Shown here piece by piece: positions 10,190 to 20,069 of a DNA stretch of 64,000 nt. The position numbers and the translations under genes were made by a program. The notes below the pieces were generated by a model that did not search any database, was not told the DNA's origin, and was given only the letters and a program-made list of their open reading frames with translations. Source of the DNA: an uncultured bacterium (GTDB lineage: Bacteria > Chloroflexota > UBA5177 > JANWHV01); contig CAVSOU010000014.1 of the NCBI GenBank assembly GCA_963729625.1, forward strand, positions 64,001-128,000. The letters run 5' to 3'. Each line of letters opens with the position of its first letter. The stretch's first letter is position 1.

Positions 10190-12247
10190 ATGCGCTTTCG
10201 TATCGATTCCAGACTGCTTGATCGCTTCCCGAATGCATGCATTGGACTCGTTGTCGCCTACGATCTCGACAACCGCGGGAACAGCCCGGTCATCACAAAT
10301 CTGCTGAGGAGCTCCGAATCGGATGTGCGGGAGCGATTCGCGACCGAGAACATGCTCGCGTTGCCCGCGTTTGTCACGTGGCATGAAGCATTTGCCAGGC
10401 TGGGCATGAGCGCAAAGCGATTCAAGATCTCGGTCGAAGCGCTGGCTGCACGTGTGCTGAAGGGCGCGCGACTGCCCGACCTGAATCCCGCCGTCGATCT
10501 GGCCAATGCATTATCCCTCAAGTACTTGCTCCCTCTTGGCGCTCACGACGTCGATCGCCTTCGTGGAGACATCGTCGTCGGCCCCGTACGCCCAGGGGCG
10601 GCGTTCACTCCGATGGGCGGCTCGAAGCCTGAAACGGTCGATCTGGAGGAGATCGTGTACGCGGACGACCAGGAGGTGCGCACGCGAAGGTGGGTGTGGC
10701 GGGAGGGCGAGCATTCACGGGTCACGGCCACGACGCGAACGGTGTTGTTTCCCATCGATGGGTGGATTGGACTCAACGATTCGGATGTGCGTTCGGCAAA
10801 GGTCGAGCTCGCTACCCTCCTCGAGGAGCAGCTCGGCGCGCATGTACGGACGTTCTTCCTGGATCGAAGCACTCCCGAAGCGGTGCTGGAACCCGACGAT
10901 TCGCGTCAGGATCAGCCCATTTCTACCCACGATGGGTTTCGCATGGCCGGAGTCGCGTATCGCGAGATTCCCTCCGAGCCGGTCACCGTCAAGGCGGAAG
11001 CTCTCGAGCCGGTGGTTGAGCAAGCGCGGCCAACGATCCGTCGCGCCGGGCCCTGGGGCAAGCAGGACGCGATCTCCAGCCTGCTGAATCGGGCCACCGA
11101 ACATGTCGTGATCCGTGAAGAGCTGGAGGGGCGGCTGCGAAGCGGCGACCGACTGCGCGTTAAGCTCGGGATCGATCCGACGAGTCCCCATGTGCATATC
11201 GGCCATGCCGTCGTATTGCGGAAGCTTCGTGCCTTTCAGGACCTTGGGCACACGATCTGCCTCGTCATCGGCGACTTCACAGCTCAAATTGGCGACACAT
11301 CCGACAAGTCGGCCATGCGACAGATGCTCTCCGAGGAAGACGTTTATCAGCACCTGACAACCTACAAGAAGCAGATATCTCAAATACTCGACGAGTCGAA
11401 AGTCGAGTGGAGCTACAACACCGACTGGCTAGGCTCGCTTCGCTTCAAGGACGTGGTCGGACTGGCGGCCAATTTCACCGTCGCTCAGATGCTTGAGCGC
11501 GAGAGCTTCGCCAAACGCTACGAAGCTGGACAGTCGATCGGTCTGCAGGAGTTCCTGTACCCGCTGATGCAGGGGTACGATTCGGTCGCTCTGAAAGCAG
11601 ACGTCGAAGCAGGCGGCACGGACCAGCTCTTCAACTTGATTGCCGGTCGCACGTTGCAGCGTGCATTCGGGCAGCCGCCGCAAGCAGTGCTCACCTGCCC
11701 ACTCCTGCTGGGCCTCGACGGCCGCAAGATGAGTAAGTCGTACGGTAACTTCATCGCACTTGACGAGCCGGCCAAAGATATGTACGGGAAAGCAATGTCC
11801 TTTCCGGACGAGCAGATTCTTCCATGCTTCGAGCTTTGCACAGACGTTCCGCTCGATGAGCTGGACACCATCGCGGACGCGCTGGAGGCAGGGCAGAATC
11901 CAATGATCGCGAAGAAGCGGTTGGCCTTCGAGATCACACGACTTTACCACTCCGAGGCGGCGACCCGATCGGCTCAAGAGGCATTTGAACGCGAGGTGCA
12001 GCGCAGGGAACGCCCTGCCGACATTCCAGTCGTCACGCTTGACCGTGGAGGTGAGTGGCTGCTGGCGGACCTCGTCGTGGCAACGGGCCTCTCCAAATCA
12101 AAGGGTGAGGCGCGGCGAAAGGCCGCTGAGGGCGCCGTGTACTACGACAATACACGTGTCATTGATCCACTGGCGTCCATAGAGGTCCGGGATGGCATGG
12201 TGATCAAGCTCGGCAGGCACTATCGCCAACTCCGACTACCCACATAA
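10190..12247 (+). CDS. tyrS: Tyrosine--tRNA ligase with N-terminal B3/4 (PheT-editing-like) domain
   Basis: C-terminal ~390 aa: KLGIDPT, HIGH, YPLMQGYDS, GGTDQLFN, KMSKS, S4-like tail. N-terminal ~230 aa: SVEALAARVLKG, LPDLNPAVDLAN..SLKYLLPLGAHDVD, EIVYAD, RRWVWRE. Confidence 0.93.
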   Translation: MRFRIDSRLLDRFPNACIGLVVAYDLDNRGNSPVITNLLRSSESDVRERFATENMLALPAFVTWHEAFARLGMSAKRFKISVEALAARVLKGARLPDLNPAVDLANALSLKYLLPLGAHDVDRLRGDIVVGPVRPGAAFTPMGGSKPETVDLEEIVYADDQEVRTRRWVWREGEHSRVTATTRTVLFPIDGWIGLNDSDVRSAKVELATLLEEQLGAHVRTFFLDRSTPEAVLEPDDSRQDQPISTHDGFRMAGVAYREIPSEPVTVKAEALEPVVEQARPTIRRAGPWGKQDAISSLLNRATEHVVIREELEGRLRSGDRLRVKLGIDPTSPHVHIGHAVVLRKLRAFQDLGHTICLVIGDFTAQIGDTSDKSAMRQMLSEEDVYQHLTTYKKQISQILDESKVEWSYNTDWLGSLRFKDVVGLAANFTVAQMLERESFAKRYEAGQSIGLQEFLYPLMQGYDSVALKADVEAGGTDQLFNLIAGRTLQRAFGQPPQAVLTCPLLLGLDGRKMSKSYGNFIALDEPAKDMYGKAMSFPDEQILPCFELCTDVPLDELDTIADALEAGQNPMIAKKRLAFEITRLYHSEAATRSAQEAFEREVQRRERPADIPVVTLDRGGEWLLADLVVATGLSKSKGEARRKAAEGAVYYDNTRVIDPLASIEVRDGMVIKLGRHYRQLRLPT

Positions 12248-12327
12248 CGTGGTGCGTGGATGGCGTATGAAGCGCTGAGATCTCGGCAAACATACGTGCA
12301 ACACGTGCTCTATACCGGAAGCCAATC

Positions 12328-13107
12328 ATGGCTGAACTAGGACCTGGTGAAGCAGTCTATCGCAACCTCTGCGAGATGTGGCGCTCAGTTGGACGCCATT
12401 CAGGCGGCAACTCGAGTTTCGTGGTCGAGGATCGCGAAGACATGCTTCTCGTCAAGTCGCAGTTTGCGCATCGCGTGCCGCACATGGTTCTGGATCCGCG
12501 GGTGACGCCGGGGATGGAACACGCATGGACTCGATCGATCATCCGGGAGTGGGCAGGAGAATCGGTCGCAGTCATGGTCGAAATCCCACCGGGCACGGAA
12601 GGTGGAGCTCTGGCTGCTTCGTTGCGCGAGGAAGGGTTCGTACGCGGAATGCGACCGTCCATCGGCATGACGCTCGAAGCGAAGCCAGCGTTTGACGTGC
12701 GAGACGATGCTTCGATTTCGCTCGCCAGCGACGGAGCGGACCTTGACGAGGCTCGCGAGGTGCTTGGGTCGGTGTTTGGCCTTCCGAGCCATGTTTTCGC
12801 ATTCTATACGCCACCGCACGTGGTCCGCACGTTTATTCTGCGTGAGTTTGGGATCGGGGTTGCCGCCGCGTGCCTGTGCCCGTTCGCCGGCGTCGCCGGC
12901 GTGTATAGCGTCGGCGTACTGCCAACTTCTCGCGGGAAAGGGTGTGCGCGACGTCTGGTGCTGTATGTGCTCAGCCAGGCCGCGCAAATGGGGCTGACAA
13001 CCGCCGTGCTGTCCTGTGAACACCACCTGGCACCGCTGTACCGCAGCCTTGGCTTCTCTGTCCGCTGCGAGCTGACAACATATTGGCTGGAGTCAGCGTG
13101 GCGATGA
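12328..13107 (+). CDS. GNAT family N-acetyltransferase
   Basis: VYSVGVLPTSRGKGCA (motif A), LYRSLGF. Confidence 0.8.
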   Translation: MAELGPGEAVYRNLCEMWRSVGRHSGGNSSFVVEDREDMLLVKSQFAHRVPHMVLDPRVTPGMEHAWTRSIIREWAGESVAVMVEIPPGTEGGALAASLREEGFVRGMRPSIGMTLEAKPAFDVRDDASISLASDGADLDEAREVLGSVFGLPSHVFAFYTPPHVVRTFILREFGIGVAAACLCPFAGVAGVYSVGVLPTSRGKGCARRLVLYVLSQAAQMGLTTAVLSCEHHLAPLYRSLGFSVRCELTTYWLESAWR

Positions 13108-13190
13108 TCGGTTCCTGTAGTCCATGTTACTGCCGTCGCGCGGGCTCTGTGCTACCCTAAACAGCGGCTCGCGACACCCCCATCCGATGA

Positions 13191-15596
13191 GTGAACTGGG
13201 ACATGATTACCGACAAAGCGCTGCACACGCTTGAATATGACCGGGTCCTCGGCAAGGTCGCGGGGCACACCAGCTTCTCGCTGAGCAAGGAAATGGTTCT
13301 TGCTCTGCAGCCTTGCACCGAGCTCGACGAAGTGCAAGAACTGCAGGGCCGCGTTGCAGAGGCAATGCGCGTGCTCGATTCGCGCGCGGACGTTTCGCTG
13401 GGCGGCGCGCACGATATTCGCCAGGATGTCACGCGCGCGGCTCTTGGAGGAACACTTGACCCCGCCCAGCTGCTCGAGATCCTGGGCACGCTCGAGTGCG
13501 CTGAGCGCGTTCGCGGCACGCTCGCGCGCCTCACCGCCGACGACTATCCCTGGCTCGTGCAACTCCGAACTCGAATAGGCACGTTCAGGGAAATCATCGC
13601 TTTGATCCTTCAGACTGTGAGCCAGCAGGGTGAGATCCTGGATTCGGCCAGTCCGGCGCTTGCAAAGATTCGTGTCGATCTTCGGCTGGCCTATCAGCGT
13701 CTCATGGATCGCCTGCAGAGCATTCTGAGCTCACAGACGTACCGCAACGCGATACAGGAACCGATCATTACGATGCGCAACGGCCGCTACGTCATACCGG
13801 TGCGATCGGACATGCGTGGCGTCGTGCGGGGCGCCGTGCATGACCATTCGTCAAGCGGGGCAACCCTCTACGTAGAACCATTTCAGACCAGCGAGCTGAA
13901 CAACCGCTGGCGAGAGCTGCAGCTTCAAGAGCAGGAAGAGATCGCGCGCATTCTGCGCGTCATATCCGAACGTATTGCCTCGCAGGCGCCGTCGCTTCTA
14001 ACCACCGTCAATGCACTGGCGGAGTTTGACGTGACGCTCGCAAAGGCGCGTTTTGGCGGCTCCGTGCACGGCACGCTCCCGGTACTGGCAGCCGACGGCA
14101 GGGTCGATTTGCTCCAGGCCCGACATCCGCTGCTGTCCGGACACGTGGTGCCGATCAGTGTGCGGCTGGGCGACGAGTTTCGCCAGCTGCTCGTCACGGG
14201 TCCGAATACTGGCGGCAAGACCGTTGCGCTGAAGACGGTAGGGCTGCTCACGCTCATGGCACAGTCGGGGATTCCCATTCCTGCTGAATCGGGATCGCGC
14301 GTTGCGGTATTCGACGGCGTCTTTGCGGACATCGGCGATGAGCAAAGCATCGAACAAAGTCTCAGTACGTTTAGCAGCCATATGAACAACATTATTCGCT
14401 TACTTGACGAGCTGACCGACCGCAGCTTGCTCTTGCTCGATGAGCTGGGTGCGGGCACCGATCCCGCCGAAGGATCCGCGCTTGCGCGATCCCTGCTCAC
14501 ATACTTGCTAAAGACGCCCGCGCGCGTGATGGCCACAACCCACTATAGCGAGCTCAAGGCCTTTGCCTCGACGACTGACGGCGTGGAGAATGCGAGCGTC
14601 GAGTTTGACATCGACACACTCTCGCCGACGTTTCGCTTGAGCATTGGGTTGCCCGGACGGAGCAACGCACTTGCCATAGCCTCTCGTCTCGGCCTGCGGC
14701 CTGAGATCATCGACGGCTCGAGGGAGTTTCTCAGCTCTGAAGAGACGCGCGTAGAGACCATGCTCGCGCAAATAGCTCATGATCGCGAGACCGCGGCGGA
14801 GCTCTATGCCGCGGCCACCGAGGCTCAGAGACGCGCATCAGAGCTTCGATCTCGGCTCGAACAAGAGGTAGAATCGGTTCTTCACGAGCGAGACAGCATC
14901 CTGCGCGCGGCACGAGCAGCCGCCGAAGCCAGTGTGAGTGACCTTCGGCGCGAGCTTGACCGGGCTGAGGCGGAAATGCGCGTGCATGGCTCAACGCAGA
15001 CGGTCACGCTAGCGGCTCTGCGCGATCGCGTCGAGCGCGCATCCGAGCACCAGGCCAAGGCGCTTGCGGAGCCCGCAAACTCCATCCTCCAGGCAGCGCC
15101 GCCATCAGCTCCGATTTCAGACCGAGCAATTAGCGTGGGCGACCGCATACAGGTACTTCGCACGGGGCAGGACGGGACCGTAAGTGCTATCCCGCCCGGA
15201 AGAAGCGACATTGAAATCCAGATCGGCGCGTTCAAGATGCGCGCCAAGCTGAAGGACGTTCGTCTCGTCGCCCGCTTGGAGGATCTTGCGCCTGTGGACG
15301 AGTCGCGCTATGGTGGCGGGACACAGATAGTAAGAAGCGCAGGACCGGCGCCGAGCCTGGACTTCGACATGCGCGGTTGGAGAGTGGACGAAGTCATACC
15401 CGAGCTCGAGCGCTACCTCAACGACGCATACATGTCGAACATGCCGTTCGTCAGGATCATACATGGGAAGGGAACTGGCGCGCTTCGACAGGTCGTCCGT
15501 GAGGAGCTCGCGACCAATCCGCTGGTCAGCTCGTTTAAGGGCGCCGATGATCACGCGGGTGGCGAAGGAGTGACGATCGCGCACCTGGCCGTGTAG
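13191..15596 (+). CDS. mutS2: Endonuclease MutS2
   Basis: TGPNTGGKT, DIGDEQSIEQSLSTFS, DELGAGTDP, C-terminal Smr IIHGKGTG. Confidence 0.96.
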   Translation: MNWDMITDKALHTLEYDRVLGKVAGHTSFSLSKEMVLALQPCTELDEVQELQGRVAEAMRVLDSRADVSLGGAHDIRQDVTRAALGGTLDPAQLLEILGTLECAERVRGTLARLTADDYPWLVQLRTRIGTFREIIALILQTVSQQGEILDSASPALAKIRVDLRLAYQRLMDRLQSILSSQTYRNAIQEPIITMRNGRYVIPVRSDMRGVVRGAVHDHSSSGATLYVEPFQTSELNNRWRELQLQEQEEIARILRVISERIASQAPSLLTTVNALAEFDVTLAKARFGGSVHGTLPVLAADGRVDLLQARHPLLSGHVVPISVRLGDEFRQLLVTGPNTGGKTVALKTVGLLTLMAQSGIPIPAESGSRVAVFDGVFADIGDEQSIEQSLSTFSSHMNNIIRLLDELTDRSLLLLDELGAGTDPAEGSALARSLLTYLLKTPARVMATTHYSELKAFASTTDGVENASVEFDIDTLSPTFRLSIGLPGRSNALAIASRLGLRPEIIDGSREFLSSEETRVETMLAQIAHDRETAAELYAAATEAQRRASELRSRLEQEVESVLHERDSILRAARAAAEASVSDLRRELDRAEAEMRVHGSTQTVTLAALRDRVERASEHQAKALAEPANSILQAAPPSAPISDRAISVGDRIQVLRTGQDGTVSAIPPGRSDIEIQIGAFKMRAKLKDVRLVARLEDLAPVDESRYGGGTQIVRSAGPAPSLDFDMRGWRVDEVIPELERYLNDAYMSNMPFVRIIHGKGTGALRQVVREELATNPLVSSFKGADDHAGGEGVTIAHLAV

Positions 15597-15599
15597 CTG

Positions 15600-15791
15600 C
15601 TATTGCAGGAGGAGCTCAAAGTTGGGCTCTTCGCGCTCGCCCGTGATGCGCTTCACAAGCCTGCCGGTCAGACCGGCGACATCGTCACCGAAGATCGCGG
15701 CAAGCGTCGATCCCAGGCCGAGACCCAAAGCGATACCAACAAGCATGCCCAGGAAGAACGGCTTCCGCCTCGAAGCAACCTTCTCGCTCAC
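15600..15791 (-). CDS. Small single-TM hypothetical protein
   Basis: FFLGMLVGIALGLGLGSTLAAIFG hydrophobic helix; follows rsfS. Confidence 0.55.
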   Translation of the reverse strand: MSEKVASRRKPFFLGMLVGIALGLGLGSTLAAIFGDDVAGLTGRLVKRITGEREEPNFELLLQ

Positions 15792-15816
15792 ACCCTGCAG
15801 CCAATCAGGTTCAACA

Positions 15817-16209
15817 CTACTGCAACCGCACAACGATCTGCGCCTGCTCCCACAGCTGCTCCAACCGATAGTAGGCTCGTTGATCGGCGGTCATGATGTG
15901 CAGGATCACGTCACCGTAGTCGAGTAGCACCCACCCATCGGCAGGAGTACCCTCGCGTTTGTAGGGCGGAACGTCTAGCGCGTCGAGAGCTTCCTCAACG
16001 CCCTCGGCGATTGCCCGAATCTGTCGTTCGACGACGGCAGAACAGATAACAAAGTAGTCAGCTAGACTTGAGATCTTGCGAACGTCGAGCAGTACGATAT
16101 CCAGTGCTTTTTTGTCGGAGGCCGCGTCCACCATCTTGCGCGCGGTGTCAAGCGAGCTCAGCGCAGGGAGCCTGCTCTCAGGGAGCGAATCTTCGAAATG
16201 CATCGTCAT
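15817..16209 (-). CDS. rsfS: Ribosome silencing factor RsfS
   Basis: DKKALDIVLLDV, ADYFVICS, WVLLDYGDVILHI, RAYYRLEQLW. Confidence 0.95.
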   Translation of the reverse strand: MTMHFEDSLPESRLPALSSLDTARKMVDAASDKKALDIVLLDVRKISSLADYFVICSAVVERQIRAIAEGVEEALDALDVPPYKREGTPADGWVLLDYGDVILHIMTADQRAYYRLEQLWEQAQIVVRLQ

Positions 16210-16356
16210 GTGGCTGATTGTACCATTGGCCACGGAACCACGAAATAGCCTGAGGTGGACGCGACTGCACGATGGCGCCTGATGGAGTCCGTCAGCCATG
16301 CATACCACATGATCCGGTGCAGTCCTCCGGTCGAGTGCCGTTGAGGGCGCTGGCAA

Positions 16357-18888
16357 TTACGTGCTCGGTGTCTCGTAGCTCGATTCCGACAGGCGCACGC
16401 TTCCTTGTTCGTCGCGGAACGAAGCGCCCAGCCGGTGCATCAGCGTCCTGCGGATCCGATTCATCGTCTTGTCGACTTCGTCGTCAGTCAGGGTGCGGTC
16501 ACCAGTCTGAAAATCAAGTGCAAAGGCGAGACTCTTCTTGGCTGCCGGCAGTTGATCGCCCCGGTAGACGTCGAAAAGCGTGATTGCAGCCAAGAGTCCT
16601 TTGGCTGACCGCCTGACTTCATCAAGCACGGTTTCCGCCTGGCACGAGGTGTCGACCACGACGGCGATGTCGCGCTTTGCCACCGGCTGGCGCGGATAGT
16701 CCGCAAAGGTTCGCTCGTGAGAGGCGCGGGCGGCAAGCGCATCGAAATCGAGCTCGGCGATATACGCGCGTCTGGGTGGGAGGTCCCATCGGCCGGCAAT
16801 CGTCGGATGCAGCTCGCCGAGGAATCCGAGCGAGACGCCGCCGAGCTCCAGCGATGCCGCACGGCCAGGGTGCAGCAACGGATGGGCGCGGGCGACCATC
16901 GACCAACCGCCCACTCCTAGCCGCTGAAGCAGCGTCTCGACCACTCCCTTAATATCGAAGAAGTCGAAGCTTTCACGACCAGTTGCCCAGGATACGCCCT
17001 CCCTCATGCCGGCCATGGCGACCGCAAGGACCCGCCGCTCAATGGGCAACCCCTCGCGTTTGGCAACTGAACAGACGTCCAGCTCGAAGAATGCCGCGCG
17101 CTCCTCACCCAAGCGCAGATTGTCGCGAAGCGCCTCGAGCAGTCCAGCCAGCAGCGTTGGGCGCAAGAACTCCCGGTCCGGGCTCAACGGATTCACGACA
17201 CGCACTGCGGAAAAAGTGCTTTCGCCGGAGGCAAGGGCTGTGGGGTTGGGCAATATGTGCGCGAGCCAGGGTTCAGACGCACTTTCTGGCCGAAGCAGGG
17301 ACAGCGAGCGGATGCTTGTGAGACCACTGCTGCTGGCTTCGTCCAGGCCGCAACCAAGCAGGATTGTCCTCGCGGGCCAATAGTGCTGGAGTCCAACGGA
17401 TTCGGGCCGGGGAGGAACCGAACCTTCGAGCAGCGTCTCGGGGATCGCGTCAAAGCCGGTGACGCGCGCCACCTCCTCCACGAGATCGGCGGCTCCGTCC
17501 AGGTCCTCGCGCCACCACGGAACGGTCACTCGGAGAGCGCTGTCACTCACAGTCTTCGTGACGAACCCTAGCGACGTCAGATTGGAAACGATAGTGTCGG
17601 TCGGCCAGTCGACGCCAAGCAGTCGTTTGACTTCTGAGGTCGAGAAATCAATGATCTGGGGTGCCGGATCGTCGCCTCCAACCCACATCACGTCCGATTC
17701 GACACGGCCACCTCCCAGCTCGGCTATCAGCGTTGCAGCGCGCCGCGCGGCCCTTGCCGCCAACTGAACCGGCAGGCCCTTCTCGAAGCGAGTCGACGCC
17801 TCAGTACGAAGGCCGAGCGCGACGCTGGTTCGCCGGATGCTGCGAGCGTTGAAGGTGGCGGCCTCCAGCAGGATGTTCGTGGTCGTCCCGCCAACTTCGG
17901 TGTTCTGGCCGCCCATGATCCCGGCGATGCCGATAGCGTGGCTGGCGTCGACGATCAGCAGCATGTCCTGCGTGAGCTCGCGTTCGACGCCGTCCAACGT
18001 GACGATCTGCTCGCCTTCTCGTGCCCTTCTCACGCGCAGGCTGGGGCCCGCCAGCGTGTCCAGGTCGTACGCGTGCAACGGTTGACCGAGCTCCAACATG
18101 ACATAATTCGTGACATCCACAACATTGTTGATTGCTCGCACTCCGGCGGCCTGGAGCCGGTCGGCAAGCCACTGCGGCGATGGGCCAATTGTAATCCCCC
18201 CGATCACACATGCGGATACACGCCTGCATAGATCAGGGTCTTCGATTGCCAGGGTAACGTCGGTCCGTGTCGTCGCAGGAAAGTCTTCCGGTTGGGGCAG
18301 AGCCCGGAGGGTGCCTCCGGTCACAGCCGATACCTCACGCGCCATGCCATATATCGACAGGCAATCAGGCCTGTTCGGAGTGATATCGAGCTCGAGCACC
18401 CATTCGCCGATCAGATGCGACAAAGGCTGCCCGGGAACGGCCTGCCGGCCCGATCCAAGCTGGATCGCCGAGGCATCAAGGATCAGGATTCCCTCATGAT
18501 TATCATTGAGGCCAAGCTCTTTGCCCGAACAGACCATTCCCTCGGAACGAATGCCCCTCAGCACCTTTCCCTCGAGCGGCCTGTCCTGACCGGGCAGCGT
18601 CTTGCCTACGCCGATATATGGCACGAGAGCGCCCTCGAAGAGATTTGGGGCGCCAGTGACCACAGTTTGGGTCCGGCCGCCGAGGTCGAGCGTAGCCAGC
18701 AGGAGGTTGTCGGCGTTCGGGTGTCTGTCGAGCCGTTGCACCCTGGCGACGAGAATCTCATCGAAGCGGCTACCGGTGTTCTCGACGCGTTCCACGAGCG
18801 ATCCGCTTGACGTCAGACGCTCGGCCAGTTGCTTTGGCGAGAGCTGGACGTCCACGTACGATTGAAGCCATCCCAGCGGTAGTCTCAT
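16357..18888 (-). CDS. pheT: Phenylalanine--tRNA ligase beta subunit
   Basis: HPNAD, ITPNRPDCLS, INNVVDVTNYVMLELGQPLHAYD, FDX-ACB C-terminus. Confidence 0.97.
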   Translation of the reverse strand: MRLPLGWLQSYVDVQLSPKQLAERLTSSGSLVERVENTGSRFDEILVARVQRLDRHPNADNLLLATLDLGGRTQTVVTGAPNLFEGALVPYIGVGKTLPGQDRPLEGKVLRGIRSEGMVCSGKELGLNDNHEGILILDASAIQLGSGRQAVPGQPLSHLIGEWVLELDITPNRPDCLSIYGMAREVSAVTGGTLRALPQPEDFPATTRTDVTLAIEDPDLCRRVSACVIGGITIGPSPQWLADRLQAAGVRAINNVVDVTNYVMLELGQPLHAYDLDTLAGPSLRVRRAREGEQIVTLDGVERELTQDMLLIVDASHAIGIAGIMGGQNTEVGGTTTNILLEAATFNARSIRRTSVALGLRTEASTRFEKGLPVQLAARAARRAATLIAELGGGRVESDVMWVGGDDPAPQIIDFSTSEVKRLLGVDWPTDTIVSNLTSLGFVTKTVSDSALRVTVPWWREDLDGAADLVEEVARVTGFDAIPETLLEGSVPPRPESVGLQHYWPARTILLGCGLDEASSSGLTSIRSLSLLRPESASEPWLAHILPNPTALASGESTFSAVRVVNPLSPDREFLRPTLLAGLLEALRDNLRLGEERAAFFELDVCSVAKREGLPIERRVLAVAMAGMREGVSWATGRESFDFFDIKGVVETLLQRLGVGGWSMVARAHPLLHPGRAASLELGGVSLGFLGELHPTIAGRWDLPPRRAYIAELDFDALAARASHERTFADYPRQPVAKRDIAVVVDTSCQAETVLDEVRRSAKGLLAAITLFDVYRGDQLPAAKKSLAFALDFQTGDRTLTDDEVDKTMNRIRRTLMHRLGASFRDEQGSVRLSESSYETPST

Positions 18889-18923
18889 GCATTACTGCAG
18901 CTTTCGCCGCCATTCCCTTCGAA

Positions 18924-19964
18924 CTACGCAAACTGCCGCAGGAAGCGCAGGTCATTTGCATTCAATAGCCGGATGTCGTTGATGCCGTAGCGCATCATCG
19001 TGATGCGCTCAGGGCCCATGCCGAACGCAAAGCCACTGAACTTGGCGGGATCGTAGTCCATGTTCCTCAGAACCTGAGGATGCACCATTCCTGCGCCGCT
19101 GATCTCCAACCAACCTTCATACTTGCACGTGCGGCAGCCTTCTCCACCACAGACGAGACACGAAAAATCGAATTCGGCGCTGGGTTCGGTGAACTGGAAA
19201 TGATGCGGGCGGAACCGCACTTTGCAGCCCAGTATTTGCTTGGCAAAGCTGGCGAGAACGCCTTTCAAGTCACTGAAGGTCACATGCTTATCCACTGCCA
19301 GACCTTCGCACTGCCAGAAGTAGCTCAAATGCGAGGCATCTTCCTGATCGCGGCGGAAACACCGCCCGGGAGCGATGATCCGCACAGGAGGACGTTGGCT
19401 CAGCATCACGCGCGCTTGCACGGGCGACGTATGCGTGCGCAGCACGATGCCTCCGGGCACATCCACGTAGAAGGTGTCCATCGTATCGCGTGATGGACTG
19501 TCCTGCGGGATGTTAAGCAGCTCGAAGTTGTACTTGTCCCACTCGACCTCCGGCCCTTCGGCCACCGTGAAACCCATAGAGCCAAAGATCCGTACCAGGT
19601 CACGCAGCGTTTCACGCACAGGATGAGGCAGACCGAGCCGCGGGTTTCTGGCTGGAAGGCTGACGTCGACGGCTTCTCGATCGAGACTGTTCAGCAAGGC
19701 GGCCTGCTGGAGACTCGCACGCGCCGCTTCGTGCGCCGCCTCGAGCACCTTCTTCGCCTCGTTCATGGCCTGGCCTGCTACCGGCCGTTCTTCTCGCGGA
19801 AGTGCGCCTAACCCCTTGAAATGAGCGGTCAGCGCTCCGTTCGTGCCGAGGTACTTGATGCGCCACTGTTCCAGGGCAGCCAGGCCATCGAGACCGATGA
19901 GCGCGGATTCTGCTTCGCTGCGAAGCGCCTGTAGCCGCGCCACAAACTCGTGTGCCTCATTCAC
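18924..19964 (-). CDS. pheS: Phenylalanine--tRNA ligase alpha subunit
   Basis: LRTHTSPVQ, FQFTEPSAE, GAGMVHP, GFAFGMGPER. Confidence 0.97.
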   Translation of the reverse strand: MNEAHEFVARLQALRSEAESALIGLDGLAALEQWRIKYLGTNGALTAHFKGLGALPREERPVAGQAMNEAKKVLEAAHEAARASLQQAALLNSLDREAVDVSLPARNPRLGLPHPVRETLRDLVRIFGSMGFTVAEGPEVEWDKYNFELLNIPQDSPSRDTMDTFYVDVPGGIVLRTHTSPVQARVMLSQRPPVRIIAPGRCFRRDQEDASHLSYFWQCEGLAVDKHVTFSDLKGVLASFAKQILGCKVRFRPHHFQFTEPSAEFDFSCLVCGGEGCRTCKYEGWLEISGAGMVHPQVLRNMDYDPAKFSGFAFGMGPERITMMRYGINDIRLLNANDLRFLRQFA

Positions 19965-20069
19965 GTTGAAAGTACTCCATCATCTTCTCATTGCCATCCC
20001 TGGCGTTCTTCAGCAGTCAACCGTTGCCCGCATCGGCTTCGCCGTGCAACGGGAACAGGCTGGCTCATC

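Noticed and set aside
10143-10190. T-box upstream of tyrS
   Set aside because: The intergenic gap is only ~46 bp and has no T-box motif
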